A stretch of DNA of 26,721 nt from a virus (Duplodnaviria > Heunggongvirae > Uroviricota > Caudoviricetes): the IMG/VR virus record IMGVR_UViG_2778260996_000006; one strand, 5' to 3'. The position numbers and the translations under genes are program-made. Shown here in pieces: positions 1 to 9,453 of this stretch; within the stretch, counting starts at the first letter, position 1; each line of letters begins with the position of its first letter. Under the pieces are notes generated by a model, which did no database searches, had not been told where the DNA came from, and was given only the letters and a program-made list of their open reading frames with translations.

Positions 1-24
1 AGCGTCCACCATATTTGGTGTCCA

Positions 25-219
25 CTATTCTCTCAGGAATTTCAGGATCTGCCAGACGGTGCTGAGACGACGCTTACGCACAACCGCCGTCACCGCGTCA
101 GGATCGAATGACTGAACGATGCCAGGCAAAGCGACGCGGATCTGGTTCTTTGTGGTTTCCCGCTCGGATTTGAATGTTTCGGCAAGGTCGCCGCTACGAG
201 TCTGGTCTGATATGGCCAT
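25..219 (-). CDS. small hypothetical protein (64 aa) at the left edge, probably the next gene of the late/tail operon
   Basis: ATG at 219 with AGGAG 8 nt upstream; ORF-track start at 252 rejected because it lies inside the terminator hairpin; no recognisable motif. Confidence 0.4.
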   Translation of the reverse strand: MAISDQTRSGDLAETFKSERETTKNQIRVALPGIVQSFDPDAVTAVVRKRRLSTVWQILKFLRE

Positions 220-230
220 TTGATAAACTC

Positions 231-260
231 CTGAAAACAAAAAACCCGCCAAGTGGCGGG
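231..260 (-). terminator. intrinsic terminator closing the cargo cassette
   Basis: Minus-strand CCCGCC-ACTT-GGCGGG hairpin (plus 245-260) followed by UUUUUGUUUU (rc of 231-244). Confidence 0.6.
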
Positions 261-281
261 TCTACAGGAACAACTCTAAGT

Positions 282-452
282 TTATTTTTTCTGTTTAAAA
301 TTGTCCAACTCAGGTTCTTTAACGCTTTCTGTCATGTAATCCAATCCACCAAAAGGTACTTCAAGCATTATACTGCTTTCATAATCAGCCATGGATTGCT
401 CTGCTTGCGTTGGCTTGCTTTGCTGTGAGTTGTCATTATTTGATGTTGTCAT
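282..452 (-). CDS. small acidic hypothetical protein (56 aa), third gene of AT-rich cargo cassette
   Basis: ATG at 452 three nt after the stop of the upstream membrane-protein gene; TAA at 284-282; same AT-rich composition; below the 60-aa ORF-track cutoff. Confidence 0.4.
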   Translation of the reverse strand: MTTSNNDNSQQSKPTQAEQSMADYESSIMLEVPFGGLDYMTESVKEPELDNFKQKK

Positions 453-455
453 CAA

Positions 456-1010
456 CTATGCCTTATTTATCAAAAGAAAAGTAACCGATAATATGAAAAA
501 ACCGAAAGATAACGCAATTCCTTCAAAAAGATAACGAGCGTAAACTGCCTTTTCTTTATGAAGACTTTCGATCAATTCAACAGCTTTACCATACTGAAAC
601 ATATGGTATCTAAGCGTTTTAATTTTATCACCGTAAAATAAAAAATCATGCTCTTCTTTTCGCTTATGAATAGGCATTTTTGGTATATCTTTCAGTCCCC
701 AAGTACGCCATAGGAAAAAAAAGCACATAACAATACAAACAAAGCACAGATATGCACAAAGTATAGATAATGTTAAAAACCAATTACTCTTTAGCCCACT
801 TTTGAAATCAACAGTCCCAAATACAGCCAGTAGAGCAGAGGTTTCTACAGCTAAAATAGCAAGAAGGTAGTTAACTTTGTCCTCAAGACGACGATATGTT
901 GATTTTGCTTCCTCATATCTATCTTTATAATATGACGAAATAAAATCAGCGCCTATAGTCTCAATTGCCTTTTGTTCTTCTGTTGTATCTATTGACGAAC
1001 GCTTGCTCAT
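456..1010 (-). CDS. hypothetical integral membrane protein (184 aa, about 3 predicted TM segments), AT-rich cargo gene
   Basis: ORF track; hydrophobic stretches LLAILAVETSALLAVFG, WFLTLSILCAYLCFVCIVMCFFFLW and LFEGIALSFGFFILSVTFLLI; visibly lower G+C than flanking tail genes. Confidence 0.6.
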   Translation of the reverse strand: MSKRSSIDTTEEQKAIETIGADFISSYYKDRYEEAKSTYRRLEDKVNYLLAILAVETSALLAVFGTVDFKSGLKSNWFLTLSILCAYLCFVCIVMCFFFLWRTWGLKDIPKMPIHKRKEEHDFLFYGDKIKTLRYHMFQYGKAVELIESLHKEKAVYARYLFEGIALSFGFFILSVTFLLINKA

Positions 1011-1017
1011 TTCTCAA

Positions 1018-1365
1018 TCAACCAACAACTTTCTTACACGGGAAAGAGCCAATAATTTTCGGAGCATCCATGCTGTTCTGCAACAACTGGACGTTCAGGA
1101 AACGCGTTTTAGTGCCAGGTCGATGGATATACTCGAACCCATAATTGTTGCCATCTTTGGCAGGCATCAGGTCCATTTTGATCTGCATGCCTGTACCGTC
1201 TTTACCCAACATTTTTACTTTTTGGGACGTTACTGTTTCGCCATTGATTTTAAATAATGAATCAGGGATCGCATCCATACGAAAGTTGCCGCATTGCATC
1301 GTTATGGTGTTTGCACTTACACCAACAGACACTAATGCCAGCAATGAAAATATCCATCGTTTCAT
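1018..1365 (-). CDS. small secreted/periplasmic protein (116 aa) with cleavable signal peptide
   Basis: Start trimmed to ATG at 1365 (GAGG upstream); N-terminus MKRWIFSLLALVSVGVSA/NT looks like a Sec signal peptide with AxA-like site; no lipobox; two Cys in mature part. Confidence 0.55.
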   Translation of the reverse strand: MKRWIFSLLALVSVGVSANTITMQCGNFRMDAIPDSLFKINGETVTSQKVKMLGKDGTGMQIKMDLMPAKDGNNYGFEYIHRPGTKTRFLNVQLLQNSMDAPKIIGSFPCKKVVG

Positions 1366-1367
1366 TT

Positions 1368-2871
1368 CTATAATCCTCTCTGAAAAGCAGTGCTGGATGG
1401 CATATCCTGCGCACCGCGCGCTTCGCACATCATATCCATGTACCACGCCTGGCCCCTTGTATCGCCAGTGTACATAATCCCGCGCACAATATAAACGCCA
1501 TCCGTTGCGATGCTGGCAGGCTGCGATGTGGTGCCGCTTAGCGTAATATTTCCGTCCGTGTTCTGGTCGGTGATCTGCCCACCAGCCATAGCGATATCGT
1601 TGTTCGACAACGCGGTGCGATATACGGAAGCCTGATCCAGTTGAATGAGCCCATTAACCCGGATGTTCGGATTAATAAGCGCGCGAACGTTTACGCCGTT
1701 GCCGATGGTCTGCTGCGGCATGCCAATAAGCCCGGTAGCGCTGTTGAGCACAATCGCTTCGTGAACATATTCATTATTCGCCACCATCTGGCGCTGACCG
1801 TCTACGAATTGCCATGTTGCGCCACATTGCCCGGCTACGTTATCCATTAGATGCCGCGTCATGCCAAAGAGCACCCGCCCCCGGGGGAATACAGTAGCAG
1901 GCATTTCAGGCGTCAGGCCTTCGGTCGCACCTTTGGCTTCGAAGTCTTTCATCAGCGCACGGTTCACATCAGCGACCGTGTAACCGGCAGCCAGCGTCTG
2001 TGAGGTTATACTGGTGGCAAAAGCCAGATCAGTATCTGCTGCCTGAATCAGGACGTAGGAATCAACCGGACTGTCTTTTCCTGTAACCGAGTAGCGAATT
2101 TCACCGCTGAAAATCAGTCCGTAGTTGCGGCCATCACTCTGGCCCACGTCCGCCGCATCAACCTCCCGCACGATCCCGACGTCGCTTGCCGACACCTCCG
2201 GCGCGATACCGTCGTAACCCGCAATCAGACGCACTTTCGAAAACTCCCGCCCGGTGATTCGGTTCACAGTATCTGCCGAGAGGTTATAAATTTTGATAGT
2301 CCCTACCCGGGACGCGCTGCTGATGTTGAACCAGTCGATCGTAAAGGTCACTTTAAAATCACTTAGCTCAATTCCCTGACCGTTCCCGTCCACAAGCTGC
2401 ATTCACATCAGCGACCGTGTAACCGGCAGCCAGCGTCTGTGAGGTTATACTGGTGGCAAAAGCCAGATCAGTATCTGCTGCCTGAATCAGGACGTAGGAA
2501 TCAACCGGACTGTCTTTTCCTGTAACCGAGTAGCGAATTTCACCGCTGAAAATCAGTCCGTAGTTGCGGCCATCACTCTGGCCCACGTCCGCCGCATCAA
2601 CCTCCCGCACGATCCCGACGTCGCTTGCCGACACCTCCGGCGCGATACCGTCGTAACCCGCAATCAGACGCACTTTCGAAAACTCCCGCCCGGTGATTCG
2701 GTTCACAGTATCTGCCGAGAGGTTATAAATTTTGATAGTCCCTACCCGGGACGCGCTGCTGATGTTGAACCAGTCGATCGTAAAGGTCACTTTAAAATCA
2801 CTTAGCTCAATTCCCTGACCGTTCCCGTCCACAAGCTGCAGCTCGAAATGTCTCATCCAGTTCTGTGACAT
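1368..2871 (-). pseudogene. distal tail/baseplate-hub-like protein, reading frame broken by an internal 439-bp tandem duplication
   Basis: ORFs 2368..2871 and 1368..2402 carry the same 146-aa segment; removing one repeat copy restores a single ORF of about 354 aa. Confidence 0.6.
1963..2840. repeat. perfect tandem direct duplication, 2 x 439 bp (1963-2401 and 2402-2840)
   Basis: Base-by-base comparison shows identity over both copies; flanks differ (1962 g vs 2401 a; 2402 t vs 2841 g). Confidence 0.9.
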
Positions 2872-2873
2872 GC

Positions 2874-3176
2874 TTACTCCGTTGATACCAGTAAATGGCT
2901 GCGACCGCCCAGGTCAGTTTTTGTGGGGTAATCCTGTGTGTTGTCATCACAGACCACCACCAGCTTAAAACCAAGCCCCATACAGGCGTACTGCGCCAGC
3001 AGGTCAGCACCAGTGACGAGAGGAATACCGGAGATTACCGGCTCCCCTCTGTCGTTCTGCAGGTCCATAATCCAGTACAGATCGCGCCATATGATGCTAA
3101 TCCGCCAGGTAACACCACCCAGGACGATGCTGAACTGCTGGTTGTCCGCTGTCAGCGGAATTTCCTGAATTGCCAT
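2874..3176 (-). CDS. hypothetical tail protein (100 aa)
   Basis: ORF track; position downstream of tape measure in tightly packed operon. Confidence 0.45.
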   Translation of the reverse strand: MAIQEIPLTADNQQFSIVLGGVTWRISIIWRDLYWIMDLQNDRGEPVISGIPLVTGADLLAQYACMGLGFKLVVVCDDNTQDYPTKTDLGGRSHLLVSTE

Positions 3177-3763
3177 TAGCCGCCCCCCAGTAATGACGCC
3201 ACGTTACCCGTGATGCTTTTCAGCAGTGAAGTATCTGGAGGCTTGGTGGTTTTGTTGCCGCTGTTCTGTACCGCCGACGTGCTGGCCCCTTCCTTCATGT
3301 TGGTTTTATCCGCGACGGAAATCTGCTGTGTCCGGGAGATAAGGACCTCCCTCAGGGTGAGGACGGCGGACAGGACGTTTTCGGTTGTCTTGTCCGTCGT
3401 CACTTCCAGCGCCCGGATCAACATGTTGCTGTACAGTCGTTTACCGGTTACCACATCGAAGGGGATACGGCTTTCCTGCAGATCCAGTAGCTCCTGATAC
3501 GTCTGCTGAGGACTCAGGCCGAGCAGGCTGGTAGCCGTCAGGTTACTGGCAAAATCCAGCAATGCGCCACCACCGGCGAAACCAACCTCCATCACCACTT
3601 CTGACGGTTTTTTATAGGCATGATCAGCGACAGCGGCCCCGACCTCTACCGGATGCTCTGTTATTTCAAGCATATCTGTATGCTTCTCTGAAATAACAAC
3701 ACAGGGAACAATCATTCCTATTTTTCTGCTCTGCTGATGAAAAAGTGTAGAGAGAATATCCAC
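3176..3763 (-). CDS. hypothetical tail protein (195 aa), start overlaps tape-measure stop (TGATG)
   Basis: ORF track; translational coupling to the upstream gene. Confidence 0.5.
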   Translation of the reverse strand: MDILSTLFHQQSRKIGMIVPCVVISEKHTDMLEITEHPVEVGAAVADHAYKKPSEVVMEVGFAGGGALLDFASNLTATSLLGLSPQQTYQELLDLQESRIPFDVVTGKRLYSNMLIRALEVTTDKTTENVLSAVLTLREVLISRTQQISVADKTNMKEGASTSAVQNSGNKTTKPPDTSLLKSITGNVASLLGGG

Positions 3764-5751
3764 TAACCCACCCTCACCTGATTACTTCGCATGACCTGAG
3801 CATTTGCAGACTGTTGCCGACGTGCAACCTCATTACCGACAGCGTGCGGATCTCCACCACCGTAAATGTGGTAGGTATTTTGCTGGTTAACCTCTGTCAC
3901 TTTGCCACTAATTCCCGCCACGGCAGCCTTATTAATCAGCTCCCGAGAATAGATATTTCTTCCATTCTCATGCTGGATAATGCTGCTCATCAATGCTGAC
4001 ATGGTTTGCGGATCGCTCATATTCAGGGCAGCCCGGGGATCCACTCCCAGTCGTTGCGATACAGCCCTGATATACGCAGTTGTGTTGTTATTATCAGACG
4101 CAGGTGCCCAGGTAGAGATAATTTTCTCCACACTGTTTATTCCCCGTCCGGCGTACAGCATTAACTGACGAGCAAGAGCCCGTAATCCATCAAAAGCAGT
4201 TTCAAATCTGGCAAATCGCCCGCCCGGGCGTTCAAGAGAAGCCCCTGCCTGACCAGCAAAATTAAGGTTTCCCGGATTGTTATTCCGTTCTCCTCGTTTC
4301 GTAGCCTGTGCATGTTGTTCCGGCTCATCATCACCAAACCAGCCGCGTACCGTCCGGCCCACACTGCGGGGATCGAATCCCCAGTGCTCTTTAATCCAGT
4401 CGGCAGTACTGTTAGCGCTGTCTGTAACCATCGGCATCGCTGACGGATTTTCGCTGCCCTGATTAAGTATCTGTTTGCCGATGCTGACGGCATCAGCCCA
4501 GCGGCCATCTTTGATAGCGTTGAGCAGGTCGGCGATCATGTTCAGCATTTTGCTGAATTCGCCCATCTGGTCGATGAAGTTGCTGAAATCCCACTTCAGG
4601 GACCATGATTTGGGGTCAATATTGAGCAGTTTCGCCAGCGCTTTCACCAGGTCGTTAACGGTCGTTTTAAGGTCACGAACCATCTTCAGCGCGGCATCGA
4701 CCTCCGGTTTCCACTTGCCCCAGTCAATCAGGCTGTCGCCGCCTTCCTTCCAGGTCTGATAGTCCTCCCACAGGAGGGCAATACCCGCCGCCAGCGCGGT
4801 AATGAGGCCAATCGGCGACATCCAGAACGTACTGTTCAGAATGCGCAGCGCAATCGTCAGTGCGCCAAACAGCGAGATCAACTCCCGCGTTTGCTTATCC
4901 AGCGATTGCCACCAGGTGATAAGGCCTGATGTCCCCTCAATCAGTCTGAAGAACAGCCGCCCGATAATATCCCCGAGCGCCAGAATGCCTTTTATGGCTT
5001 TCGTCAGGGTCTGCTCGATACGAGGGAAGTTGTCCAGGATATGGCGGCGCAGGGTGTCCAGCGAACCCGCAAGCCCCCCCGCAAGATTAGAGCCGATTTT
5101 GTCACGGGCCATGCCTGCCATCGCGCCAAACTCACGCAGGGAGGTCATAAATTTGTTGGAGCTTCTGGCCGCCTCGTCAGCATTGAAGCCGATAGCTTTC
5201 GCCATTGCGCTGTACTGCCCGGAGAAGCCACCCACACCCCGGCGCATCGCCATAAGGGTATTTTCGTCAATGCCCAGCATCTGCGCATACTGGTTAGCCC
5301 GGTAATACGGCATGCTGCTGAGTTTCTGTCCAACGCCCGTAAAAATAGCGGCCATGTCACGCATGTTACCGCTGGCATCACGGGTCTGTACGCCCAGGCG
5401 ATTCAGAAAGCCTTCTGCACCGGGATTGTTACGAATAAACCGGGATAGGCTTTCCAGAGAAGATCGCGCAGCGTCCACGCTGCCGCCAACCTGCGAAACC
5501 GCATAGCCAATAGACTGAATTCCCTGGACTGTCGCGCCGGTGCGCTGTGACGCCCAGTAAAGATTATCCAGGCCGGAGGCGATCTTAGCCGTGAAGGCCA
5601 CCACGGACAACGCAGCTCCTTCAACAGCCAGCCCCATTTTGATGACATTTGCAGTTGTACCGGCGAGGACAGAACCGAACTTTTTCGCTCCTGCATCATC
5701 CACACTGAAGCCAAGCGAGACGAGGAAATCTTTAATAGTTTCAGCGTTCAT
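3763..5751 (-). CDS. tail tape measure protein
   Basis: Long protein with a central hydrophobic block, directly downstream of the frameshifted chaperone; start trimmed to MNAETIKDF (ATG at 5751, GAGAGAGGA RBS). Confidence 0.8.
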   Translation of the reverse strand: MNAETIKDFLVSLGFSVDDAGAKKFGSVLAGTTANVIKMGLAVEGAALSVVAFTAKIASGLDNLYWASQRTGATVQGIQSIGYAVSQVGGSVDAARSSLESLSRFIRNNPGAEGFLNRLGVQTRDASGNMRDMAAIFTGVGQKLSSMPYYRANQYAQMLGIDENTLMAMRRGVGGFSGQYSAMAKAIGFNADEAARSSNKFMTSLREFGAMAGMARDKIGSNLAGGLAGSLDTLRRHILDNFPRIEQTLTKAIKGILALGDIIGRLFFRLIEGTSGLITWWQSLDKQTRELISLFGALTIALRILNSTFWMSPIGLITALAAGIALLWEDYQTWKEGGDSLIDWGKWKPEVDAALKMVRDLKTTVNDLVKALAKLLNIDPKSWSLKWDFSNFIDQMGEFSKMLNMIADLLNAIKDGRWADAVSIGKQILNQGSENPSAMPMVTDSANSTADWIKEHWGFDPRSVGRTVRGWFGDDEPEQHAQATKRGERNNNPGNLNFAGQAGASLERPGGRFARFETAFDGLRALARQLMLYAGRGINSVEKIISTWAPASDNNNTTAYIRAVSQRLGVDPRAALNMSDPQTMSALMSSIIQHENGRNIYSRELINKAAVAGISGKVTEVNQQNTYHIYGGGDPHAVGNEVARRQQSANAQVMRSNQVRVG

Positions 5752-6381
5752 TATCCTCTCTCCATTTCTCAATGCGTCGCTGGTTATCCGCTTTTACCGC
5801 CAGATGGTCATTCAAGAGAGCAATGTCATACAAATCGACAGAGCCATCTTTAAGTGCTGTATAAGGAATTAACCCGGCGTCAACCGGATTGAGAAGGTAG
5901 GACAGCCCGTCCGGCAGGCTGTTAAACGTCAGCCCTGTTGCAGGCTCTGCGTCGTGCTGGTAAGGGGTGTAGGCAAAAAATTTCCCAGCGAATCGGCGAC
6001 CACCCGCGCCACCAGCTGCAGCATGACCAGCAAGTCAATATCATCAAACATCAGTTCGCCCTGGGTAAATACCGGCACCCATCCGTCCATATGACGCCGC
6101 GATACCACCGCAAGACAGGGATGAATAATCGCATCGGTGTCATCTTCGGTCAGGGAAGACAGTTCCTCAGCGATACGCGGGAGCATGGTTTCAAACACCG
6201 GTTTTAACTGTTCGAATTTCACGGTGTCGATTTTGCCGTCAGCAGGCAAACGGGAGCGAATACTCCCGAAATCTGACATCATTCCTGCCAGCACCGGCAG
6301 AAGTTTGCGGGTCACTTTCAGCTGGTCAAAAACGCTGAGTTTTGCCGTGCGATATTTCACGCCTTTAATTTCGAATTCCAT
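5741..6381 (-). CDS. tail assembly chaperone -1 frameshift fusion product (GT-like, about 210 aa)
   Basis: In-frame A_AAT_TTT (plus 5983-5977) followed by an open -1 frame of about 78 codons filling the 156-bp gap and ending at TGA 5743-5741, just past the tape-measure ATG. Confidence 0.55.
5929..6381 (-). CDS. tail assembly chaperone (G-like, zero-frame product)
   Basis: 150-aa ORF between tube-like gene and tape measure; carries slippery heptamer near its 3' end. Confidence 0.7.
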   Translation of the reverse strand: MEFEIKGVKYRTAKLSVFDQLKVTRKLLPVLAGMMSDFGSIRSRLPADGKIDTVKFEQLKPVFETMLPRIAEELSSLTEDDTDAIIHPCLAVVSRRHMDGWVPVFTQGELMFDDIDLLVMLQLVARVVADSLGNFLPTPLTSTTQSLQQG

Positions 6382-6384
6382 GCA

Positions 6385-6825
6385 TTAAAACTCCCCGAGA
6401 ACCTGGTCAATCTTGCCGCAGTCAAACACCCACGGCATCGTATTACCGGTTTTAGCGTTGGCGTTATCCGGTTGTTTCTGGAACGCAACACTGCGTGCCG
6501 TGATGATGTCGCCGCTGACCTTGTTGCGGATCACGATAACGTTATTCCCCCATGTGGCAGAAGACTGGCTCTGTGCGTTATACGCCAGCGACAATTTTTT
6601 ATTTGTCGGTGATGTCTTCAGAAGGTTAACGGTAATCGTCCCGCTTTTATCTGCATGGAGACTGTGCATCACTTCGCCATCAGCACCGATGGTCATGGTG
6701 TTTTTAGGACCGCCCATCGCAACCACAATCCCCTCTTCAGAACTTGCCGAACCGTACCCGAGGTCAATCGAACCTGTCGGCCCGGTCAGCGTCGCAGTGA
6801 CATCCATAAAAGAATAGGTAGACAT
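6385..6825 (-). CDS. tail tube-like protein (146 aa)
   Basis: Size and position immediately upstream of chaperone/tape-measure genes; family assignment by recollection only. Confidence 0.6.
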   Translation of the reverse strand: MSTYSFMDVTATLTGPTGSIDLGYGSASSEEGIVVAMGGPKNTMTIGADGEVMHSLHADKSGTITVNLLKTSPTNKKLSLAYNAQSQSSATWGNNVIVIRNKVSGDIITARSVAFQKQPDNANAKTGNTMPWVFDCGKIDQVLGEF

Positions 6826-6835
6826 TCACTTCCCC

Positions 6836-7981
6836 TTAGCGAACAACGTTAATCTGTACGTCAGCGTAATGAACCGCGCCTGCAAGTTTTATTGCAGCCT
6901 GAATCACCGGAGCCTTACGGGCTTCACGTTCTGATTGAGCCTGTTCATCCAGCGGCTGAGCGTATACGTAATAACCTTTGGGCAGTGTGTCACCTGATGA
7001 CAACTGACCAAGGTCGCCCCCGTTCCATACGCCCGGAGCAATCAGTCCATTCTGAACGGCCTGATCCAGTGATTTTTCAACATTTGATAACAGTCGGGTA
7101 ATACCGGCTTCAGTCTGGGGAACTTTCGTGGTGCTGGTATAAAGCAGGTTATAGAGGTTGGTCTGCACATAATTCTGTAACCAGTCCAGGCCGTGGCGTT
7201 CATCAAAGAAATCGCCGTTAGCCATCACTCCCTGCTGGAGGATAGCCGTATCATTCTGGTAGTACACGAATACATTGCAGTTTTTTGCATCAAGTGCCGA
7301 TGCCTGGCTGACTGTCAGTGTTTCATACCCGATACCCGGCTCCTGCTTAAACTTGAGCGTAATCGCGGTATTACTGCCATTGAAATTAACCGTGAATGCC
7401 CGGCCAAATGCAGATAACGCAGCGTATTTATTACCCGATGAATACTGAATAAAACTGCGTGAATATCCGGCGGTTTTCAGTTTTGATGCCAAATCATCGC
7501 TGGATGCAGTCTGCAGGCATTTCTCATCGCTTGTCGTAATCGCCAGAATACGGCTTACAGAAGAGGATTCGATCGCCGCAGCCACTTTCAGCCAGTCTGC
7601 ATCCTGAATATCTTCATCGTCTGCAATCCCCAGCCCATACCATGAAGTATAATCAAGCATGGCATTCACAGCCTGCTCCAGCGTCTCAGGCGTGGCCTGT
7701 TCGCTGTCTCCCTTCGTTTTCACCCAACGACCAACAAAAACCTCCTGAGGTTTCGGTGATTGAGAGAAAAACACCTGCGCAGCCTTATATTCTGGTGATT
7801 CCACGCCAAAATCTTTTCCAATATCTTCCGCGGCAGAATAACGGCGAATGCGCTCACTTACCGGAATGATTGTGGACGGGCCGAGAATGAGTAATGCACC
7901 AAAATTTCGCCCTGATGCTGCACGCGGCGACATGATCACATCAACATTAACAACGTTTGATACAGGCAAGCCCTGTGCCAT
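6836..7981 (-). CDS. major tail structural protein, sheath-like (381 aa)
   Basis: Position upstream of tube-like gene; sheath identity is inference from synteny. Confidence 0.5.
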   Translation of the reverse strand: MAQGLPVSNVVNVDVIMSPRAASGRNFGALLILGPSTIIPVSERIRRYSAAEDIGKDFGVESPEYKAAQVFFSQSPKPQEVFVGRWVKTKGDSEQATPETLEQAVNAMLDYTSWYGLGIADDEDIQDADWLKVAAAIESSSVSRILAITTSDEKCLQTASSDDLASKLKTAGYSRSFIQYSSGNKYAALSAFGRAFTVNFNGSNTAITLKFKQEPGIGYETLTVSQASALDAKNCNVFVYYQNDTAILQQGVMANGDFFDERHGLDWLQNYVQTNLYNLLYTSTTKVPQTEAGITRLLSNVEKSLDQAVQNGLIAPGVWNGGDLGQLSSGDTLPKGYYVYAQPLDEQAQSEREARKAPVIQAAIKLAGAVHYADVQINVVR

Positions 7982-7984
7982 AGC

Positions 7985-8551
7985 TTAATCTCCGAAAAAG
8001 ATGACTGGTGCATCCACCAGCGATTTAATACCGTACTCGCGCACAACCTTCCGGCGCAGGCGCACCGTCATATCGTAGCGGCGGACCCATTGCTGATTAA
8101 TAAGTTCAGGGAAGGGAGTCAGACCTGTGTAATCGCCAAGAGACAGCCCCAGCGCATTCAGTGCTGCATTGTTCTGCGGCACAGATATACCGTCACGAAA
8201 CCGGGACGCATACACCATCCCCGCCGGTCCATAAAACGAAGCCATACACTCAATCGTTTCATGCCGCCAGAGCTGAGAGCCATCATCGGTCTGTCTGGTG
8301 AATGCCGGACTGTCATCACCTGACCATCCGATAACCCCAAACGCACACCAGTTCGTTTCAACCGGTAGCAGTGGCGGCTGCTCTTTCTGCCAGCGCGGGC
8401 GAACCATCCCGGCAGACAGACCGGAAACGTTACGTATCCACTGGCTTAACAGCCTGTCGAGCGCTTCGTCATAATCCGGATCGCCACTGGTTGGTATTAA
8501 CCATCCGCGCTCTGTACTGGTGTTATTGCTCAACCGGAGTTCCCCCATCAA
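7985..8551 (-). CDS. head-tail joining / tail completion protein (188 aa)
   Basis: ORF track; synteny between capsid and tail genes. Confidence 0.4.
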   Translation of the reverse strand: MMGELRLSNNTSTERGWLIPTSGDPDYDEALDRLLSQWIRNVSGLSAGMVRPRWQKEQPPLLPVETNWCAFGVIGWSGDDSPAFTRQTDDGSQLWRHETIECMASFYGPAGMVYASRFRDGISVPQNNAALNALGLSLGDYTGLTPFPELINQQWVRRYDMTVRLRRKVVREYGIKSLVDAPVIFFGD

Positions 8552-8912
8552 ACGGCATCAACTCACAATGCGCCTGAACGAATCCGGCCCCATAAGCTGT
8601 ATACGGGTCGACGAAGGTCACACGGTAATCACGGCCCTGATACGTCACGATATCGGCATCACGGCCAGTCTGTCCCTGCGTCAGTCGCTCAGTCGTCACA
8701 ATCAGAATTGCACCACTGATTACCTGCCCGGCCTGCATACGACGGTTTTCCAGAGAGCGATCAACAGTAACGACTCCGGCAAACTGCTTTTTAACTTCGC
8801 TGTCGCTGCCGATTCCGTCCTCATCCACCGTTTGCACACGGCGTGTTACCCACAAATTGAAGTCGCAAAAATCGGGGTCAAAAAGCACATCTGTTACATC
8901 AAGAGTCGGCAT
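8523..8912 (-). CDS. head-tail connector protein (129 aa)
   Basis: ORF track; synteny. Confidence 0.4.
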   Translation of the reverse strand: MPTLDVTDVLFDPDFCDFNLWVTRRVQTVDEDGIGSDSEVKKQFAGVVTVDRSLENRRMQAGQVISGAILIVTTERLTQGQTGRDADIVTYQGRDYRVTFVDPYTAYGAGFVQAHCELMPFDGGTPVEQ

Positions 8913-9453
8913 CTTTATCCCTCACTACATGGGTAATAGCTCTGCGATATTGCCCGGTGTCAATTAATGGTTTCGCCAGATCGGTTCCGGGAGATTCGCC
9001 AGCAACACGCCGGGCAAGTTCCAGTGTTGCCCCCTTGCACCCCCGACGAGCCCGGGCTTCAACAGTACTGTCAGCAAGCGGCGTAAAGCCGGTAATGGTC
9101 ATGTAACGCCTGACGCCATTAACGGCCAGCGTTCCGGCACGGTTGAGTGCACTTTCTGCTCCCGCAGCATTACCATCAAGTGCAGCCTGCGCCGCGGCTT
9201 TAAGCTGCGGCACCGTCTGCTCTTCTGCCGATTTAACGCCGGGGACCAGGTGAGGTCGTGGCGGGATGTTCTGCTCTGGTGAGCCGTATTCGTTGAGGTA
9301 ACCGATGCCCGCATTACCAAACGGAACATCATCCCGTTCGCTGTCTTCCGAAGGGATGCCGACCAGCACATCTTTTTTGGTTAACGACCTGAGCGCATCC
9401 AGAATGGCCTTAGCGTTATCCACCCTCGTTGTTACACCGCTTTTGAAACTCAT
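8899..9453 (-). CDS. head completion / connector protein (184 aa)
   Basis: ORF track; synteny. Confidence 0.4.
   Translation of the reverse strand: MSFKSGVTTRVDNAKAILDALRSLTKKDVLVGIPSEDSERDDVPFGNAGIGYLNEYGSPEQNIPPRPHLVPGVKSAEEQTVPQLKAAAQAALDGNAAGAESALNRAGTLAVNGVRRYMTITGFTPLADSTVEARARRGCKGATLELARRVAGESPGTDLAKPLIDTGQYRRAITHVVRDKDADS

Noticed and set aside
174-428. Plus-strand 84-aa ORF, and similar plus-strand ORFs across 1003-22350 (for example 1145..1477, 4802..5305, 12196..12711, 21703..22350)
   Set aside because: They lie antisense to long, tightly packed minus-strand genes with recognisable phage functions and have no RBS or motif support; shadow ORFs
1368-2871. Reading 1368..2402 and 2368..2871 as two paralogous tail genes
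   Set aside because: The shared 146-aa segment is identical at the nucleotide level and the copies abut exactly; a tandem duplication breaking one gene explains it better
3763-5751. Extra enzymatic (cell-wall hydrolase) domain at the tape-measure C-terminus (NNPGN-containing region)
   Set aside because: The motif is suggestive but cannot be assigned to a family by eye; left as plain tape measure
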